Below are positions 60,264-64,000 of a stretch of DNA of 64,000 nucleotides, piece by piece. Source of the DNA: Trichomonas gallinae (lineage: Eukaryota). The translations under genes were made by a program, and so were the position numbers. Below the pieces are notes generated by a model. It was not told where the DNA came from. It did no database searches and saw nothing but the letters and a program-made list of their open reading frames with translations. Location: positions 1-64,000 of the forward strand of contig MRSU01004726.1 in assembly GCA_008369845.1 (NCBI GenBank), given 5' to 3'. Position 1 is the first letter of the stretch, and the number at the start of each line of letters is the position of its first letter.

Positions 60264-60854
60264 TCAGTTGGATTCGGAGTCAGATTCATTTTCGATAATT
60301 TCTTTATGCGAAGCCAAATCTGCTAAATTAAGTGGGTCAAGTTTATCATCGAATGATCTTGCTATTTTAGCGTTTTCAGCTTGAAGAATCTTAAGTGCAT
60401 GAATAAATAGCATGAAATTGATACCATTGGCTATTAATCCAACCACAGCCAAGAAGAAATGAAAGAATGTTTTGGCAAATATGGAAACTATGGCTCCAAT
60501 AATATAAAAACATAAACTAATGAAATTTAAGATCCAAAATGTATTGTTATCAGTTGGATTTGGAATCCAAGGGTATGGCTTTGTAAGATATTGTAAAAGA
60601 GAATTTGATTCAATAGTTGTTGCAATAGACCATTCTAATCCAACAAGCTGTGGCCCACCTGAGTTCTTACTGATAAAGAAATCAAGTGCAATGAGTGCGA
60701 TGAATATCGAAAAAACTATTGTATTTGTTAATTTTAATGAAAGGATAAACACGAAAAATATGATAGGCAAAACTTTAGAAATTACAAAGTTCGAGCGAGG
60801 ATTACTGAAATGGATGGTGTCTTCTTGGTTTATATTCAGCGAATTATCTTCCAT
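60264..60854 (-). CDS. TVP23/FAM18 (DUF846)-like Golgi membrane protein, 196 aa
   Basis: ALDFFISKNSGGPQLVGLEW matches the family DFWxxKNxxGRxLVGLRW motif. It also has an FW motif and four TM segments. Confidence 0.8.
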   Translation of the reverse strand: MEDNSLNINQEDTIHFSNPRSNFVISKVLPIIFFVFILSLKLTNTIVFSIFIALIALDFFISKNSGGPQLVGLEWSIATTIESNSLLQYLTKPYPWIPNPTDNNTFWILNFISLCFYIIGAIVSIFAKTFFHFFLAVVGLIANGINFMLFIHALKILQAENAKIARSFDDKLDPLNLADLASHKEIIENESDSESN

Positions 60855-61027
60855 TTCGAAATGGAAATTTTGACAAGATAATATTTACATGACAAAATAT
60901 ATATATGATAAAATAGTCTAATAAAATGAAATCTGTATACTGTACTGTCTTATAATTTCGCAAAAATTTGGTCCAATGTTTGGATTTCATTATTTTGAAA
61001 TTAAAATTGAAGGAATTGATTCATTAA

Positions 61028-61468
61028 TTACTGACGACCAGCCCACTTCCTTTCGAGATATTCCAATAACTCTGTAGGATAATCGTTCCTAGCTTTTTTT
61101 GACGTTAATTTTCGTTTTACTCCTTTAGTATCTTCTGCAATATAAAAGATGTTGTCACATTCTTTAAATGCAGCTGTAAATTTCAATCTTAAGCCTATTG
61201 GGATTTCATCTTCTACATAAGTTTCATCATTTTGAGAAGTTTCAGAGATTTGAGATTTCGGAAGTCTTGATGTAATGTATTCACGTAGTTGTTGCTTTGT
61301 GTATGAAGGATTTTCGCTTTCTTCTTCCCAAACATCTTCATTATCATTTAGACCGGAATAATGTAATTTATACTGAATTTTCGAATTTATCCACCTGTGG
61401 TCAACAACCTTTTCAACACCAAACTGAGCTGGTTCATCATCTGAAGATAATTCAAGCTCACTAGACAT
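61028..61468 (-). CDS. Chromodomain protein with a chromo-shadow-like C-terminus (HP1-like), ~146 aa
   Basis: FGVEKVVDHR...QYKLHYSG...DVWEEE, and C-terminal ARNDYPTELLEYLERK. First ATG is at 61468. Confidence 0.75.
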   Translation of the reverse strand: MSSELELSSDDEPAQFGVEKVVDHRWINSKIQYKLHYSGLNDNEDVWEEESENPSYTKQQLREYITSRLPKSQISETSQNDETYVEDEIPIGLRLKFTAAFKECDNIFYIAEDTKGVKRKLTSKKARNDYPTELLEYLERKWAGRQ

Positions 61469-61839
61469 GGAAGCACTTTTTTGTTGTACGTTAAGATTCA
61501 ATTTTTTATTTTTCTTGTTATTACAATTTTAGATTCTATATCTATTATATATTCCAATTATAGATTTAAATTTTTTAGAACATATTCAAAAATCTAAATA
61601 ATTTAAAAATAGAAGAATTTTAACAAAATTTTCATTAATATAAAATTTGTTTAAACTCATGTTAATATTATTTGAGTCCTTATATATAGAAGAGCTTGAA
61701 TTTCAAATTTGGCTGATTAAAAACATCATTATAGCAATTTTGATTAAAATATCGATGAAAGAATTGATATTCAAGAATAAAATTGTCAAAATTAATAAAT
61801 ATAAACATTTTAATATACAAACAATATTATAATCAGAGT

Positions 61840-62970
61840 CTAATCCTTGAATTGGTTGATATATCCGATGACTTCATCTTTATCTTTATTTTCTTCGTCA
61901 TCACCGTCAACAAGAAGCTTTTCAAAGTGCATAACACCTCCTCGAATGAGAACAGGAACTCTTTCGCCATTTGGTAATAATGCATTTCCATTGAAAAGCT
62001 CATCAAAGAAGCGACTATCTAATATTTCGTTGGCTTTAAGCCTTTTAGATGGATCCCAATTGAATATTTTCTTTAATAACAAAATTCCATTTGGTTCTAC
62101 ATTTTTAAGTTCTTTTTCAAGCGATGAATTGGCGCGGCGCGCTAAACTTACCTTCAACATTCCATTATACCCCTGTATAACTTCACTTGGAGGCGGTCCG
62201 AGGATTCTTACCATATCATGAAGAAGAGATACAGCTGAACCTCCATTAAACAAAGGTCTGCCTAGGAGTAATTCAGCCAAAACTGCTCCTCCTGCCCATA
62301 TGTCAATCTCCGGGCCGTATTTCTCTTGCCCATAGATTAATTCCGGTGGTCTGTATTTTCTTTCGATAAGATATGTCGTATTTCGTTCTGTTGTTGTGAG
62401 TATCTGTTTTGCATTACCGAAATCACCGATAACAGCTTTCCCGTACTTTGAATCAACGAAAATATTTTTTGGACAAATATCTCTATGAACAATTTGAAAT
62501 TTGTGAAGTACATCCAAGCCAGCGAACATCTGAAATGCAAATAATTTCGCGTAGAATATTGGAGGTGGTATTCCTCGTTGAAAATAAGGCATGCAATATT
62601 GTTCTAAGTTTTCGGGAAAGAAATCTGTGACTAAATTTAAGTACCTTGTATGTGGTTTAGGACCAGGAGTATAAAAATGTCCTTTTAACGATACAATGTA
62701 ACGAGATTTTAATCTTTTCAGAATCGGAAGTTCTCTAGATTTGATTTTTGGATCATCTAATACGCGTTTTATTGCTACAAATGTACCATCATTAAGTTGA
62801 GCTTGAAGTGCAATGCCAAATTCGCCTCTTCCCAATATCTGAATTGGATGAAATATCTGCATTTTGTTTGGAGGCAACAGTTTCAAAAGCTCATGTCGAT
62901 TTGTCAGCGCTTTCTGTATCGAAACATCCTTGAATAAGGAGCGCTTCGCAGAAAGTCGCAGATACGACAT
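61840..62970 (-). CDS. CMGC kinase, GSK3/shaggy-like, 376 aa
   Basis: GRGEFG, VAIKRVLDDP...REL, YLNLV, YAKLFAFQMFAGL, HRD, DFGNAK, YRPPELIYG, IDIWAGG..LAELLLGRPLF, FFDEL. Confidence 0.92.
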   Translation of the reverse strand: MSYLRLSAKRSLFKDVSIQKALTNRHELLKLLPPNKMQIFHPIQILGRGEFGIALQAQLNDGTFVAIKRVLDDPKIKSRELPILKRLKSRYIVSLKGHFYTPGPKPHTRYLNLVTDFFPENLEQYCMPYFQRGIPPPIFYAKLFAFQMFAGLDVLHKFQIVHRDICPKNIFVDSKYGKAVIGDFGNAKQILTTTERNTTYLIERKYRPPELIYGQEKYGPEIDIWAGGAVLAELLLGRPLFNGGSAVSLLHDMVRILGPPPSEVIQGYNGMLKVSLARRANSSLEKELKNVEPNGILLLKKIFNWDPSKRLKANEILDSRFFDELFNGNALLPNGERVPVLIRGGVMHFEKLLVDGDDEENKDKDEVIGYINQFKD

Positions 62971-63234
62971 ATTTTTTGAAATTTAACTTTATTTGATTAT
63001 ATAATCAGCATCATGACACCATCACTATAATAAATTACGCAAAATTGGACTCTTTTTTTTTGAGCAAAAGTTTACAAAAACGTTTTTAAAATTTGTTTTC
63101 ACTTTTTTTTGTTTGTAAAATAAAAATCGCATTTTTTCCTTTCAGAATTTACATACGTGTTTCGATAATAATATTTAATCGATATTATGTAATATTTTTT
63201 CCTTCAAAATTTCTTTACTCTTTGAATTCTAAAA

Positions 63235-63470
63235 TCAAAAATTATCGCCATCTTCTTAAGAGATATATTGACGTTATTCAAGTTGATTCCTCCAAATACT
63301 CCACTCATAGCTTTTGCAAAGGTGCTGCTTGCAATGCCGCCAAGCAAAATGTGCTCGAATGCCAAATTAAAGAAGCTGGTCGATGGAAATCTGATTATTT
63401 TTCTATCTATACAAATGTCAGTTCAATCGATGCTGCTGATGCAGTAGTTAATAAAATTTCATTTTCATAA
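63235..63470 (+). pseudogene. C-terminal relic of a tyrosine recombinase (DIRS/Ngaro/Crypton or phage-integrase type)
   Basis: YSTHSFCKGAACNAA...IKEAGRWKSDYFSIY matches H-S-F-R-x-G-A-A...G-R-W-x-S...Y. The catalytic Arg position reads Cys, and no ATG-initiated N-terminal half is visible. Confidence 0.75.
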
Positions 63471-63476
63471 TTTTAA

Positions 63477-63717
63477 GGGTCCGCTACGCGACCAAATAGT
63501 GGTCTCAATTTTTAAATGCGGTATTGAAAATTATCGTTTTGCCCAGAAAAATAAACTCACTTTTTGAAGAGATCTAATGTGCTAACAATATGCACCACTT
63601 TGTAGATAGTGCTAATATCATCTAAAAAATAATATTCTCTCGCTTAATTTTAATCGGCCCTAATACTCACTTTTGGAGAGGGATATTAGACGATAGACCG
63701 CTATTTGGAGCGGACCC
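63477..63717. mobile_element. 241-bp non-autonomous inverted-repeat element (MITE-like) with TTAA on both sides; Kolobok-like termini
   Basis: The left end reads TTAA|GGGTCCGCT(ACGCGA)CCAAATAGTGGTCT. The right end, reverse-complemented, reads TTAA|GGGTCCGCTCCAAATAGCGGTCT. TTAA lies at 63473-63476 and 63718-63721. Confidence 0.8.
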
Positions 63718-64000
63718 TTAATATCTTTTATTTTACAAATCAACAGAAAAAGTGAAAAAGTGTGCCGGAAATATTAGGAACTGTGTTTGAGAGAATTTTC
63801 ATTTATGATTTAATGCGTTTTCTACATCAAATATTAGCAACTTAACAAGTGACTCTCAGTAATCAACTCATCAAATAGTAAAATCTAATAAATAAAATTC
63901 ATATGGATTTCAGGATTTTACATGTTTTTAATACTAATATTAATATCATACCATTATTTACATAATTCCTCAATGTTAAACCGAAGCAAAGGTCATGTTT

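Noticed and set aside
986..60854. Functional clustering of membrane-trafficking genes (DHHC, flippase, SCAMP, BEACH-like, TVP23)
   Set aside because: These families are large in trichomonads and the genes are interspersed with unrelated ones, so chance is sufficient.

Overview
AT-rich eukaryotic genomic DNA, almost certainly from a trichomonad (Trichomonas vaginalis-like parabasalid). The evidence is mostly intronless genes, TCA(C/T)T initiator motifs just upstream of many ATGs, one spliceosomal intron with the trichomonad GTATGT...ACTAACACACAG signature, and typical expanded families (ankyrin, Myb, TKL kinase, Bap-like and beta-helix-like surface proteins). About 20 intact genes are present: a DHHC-type palmitoyltransferase, P4-ATPase flippase, TKL kinase, SCAMP, HxxxD acyltransferase, Sin3-like protein, two Mybs, a C2 protein, two ankyrin proteins, an HMG-box protein, a pseudo-USP, a WNK/NRBP-like pseudokinase, TVP23, an HP1-like chromodomain protein, a GSK3-like kinase and several surface or unknown proteins. 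There are also several disrupted genes. Three long reading frames are interrupted by an in-frame TAA: a BEACH-family-like gene, a ~3,580-codon Bap-like gene that also carries a frameshift, and a beta-helix family gene. Two more beta-helix copies are heavily decayed. The right end holds a tyrosine-recombinase C-terminal relic abutting a 241-bp TTAA-flanked inverted-repeat element. Intergenic DNA carries a recurrent 12-mer (TTGWCATGTAAA) and three diverged tandem duplications upstream of regulatory genes. All family calls come from motif recognition by eye, not from database searches.
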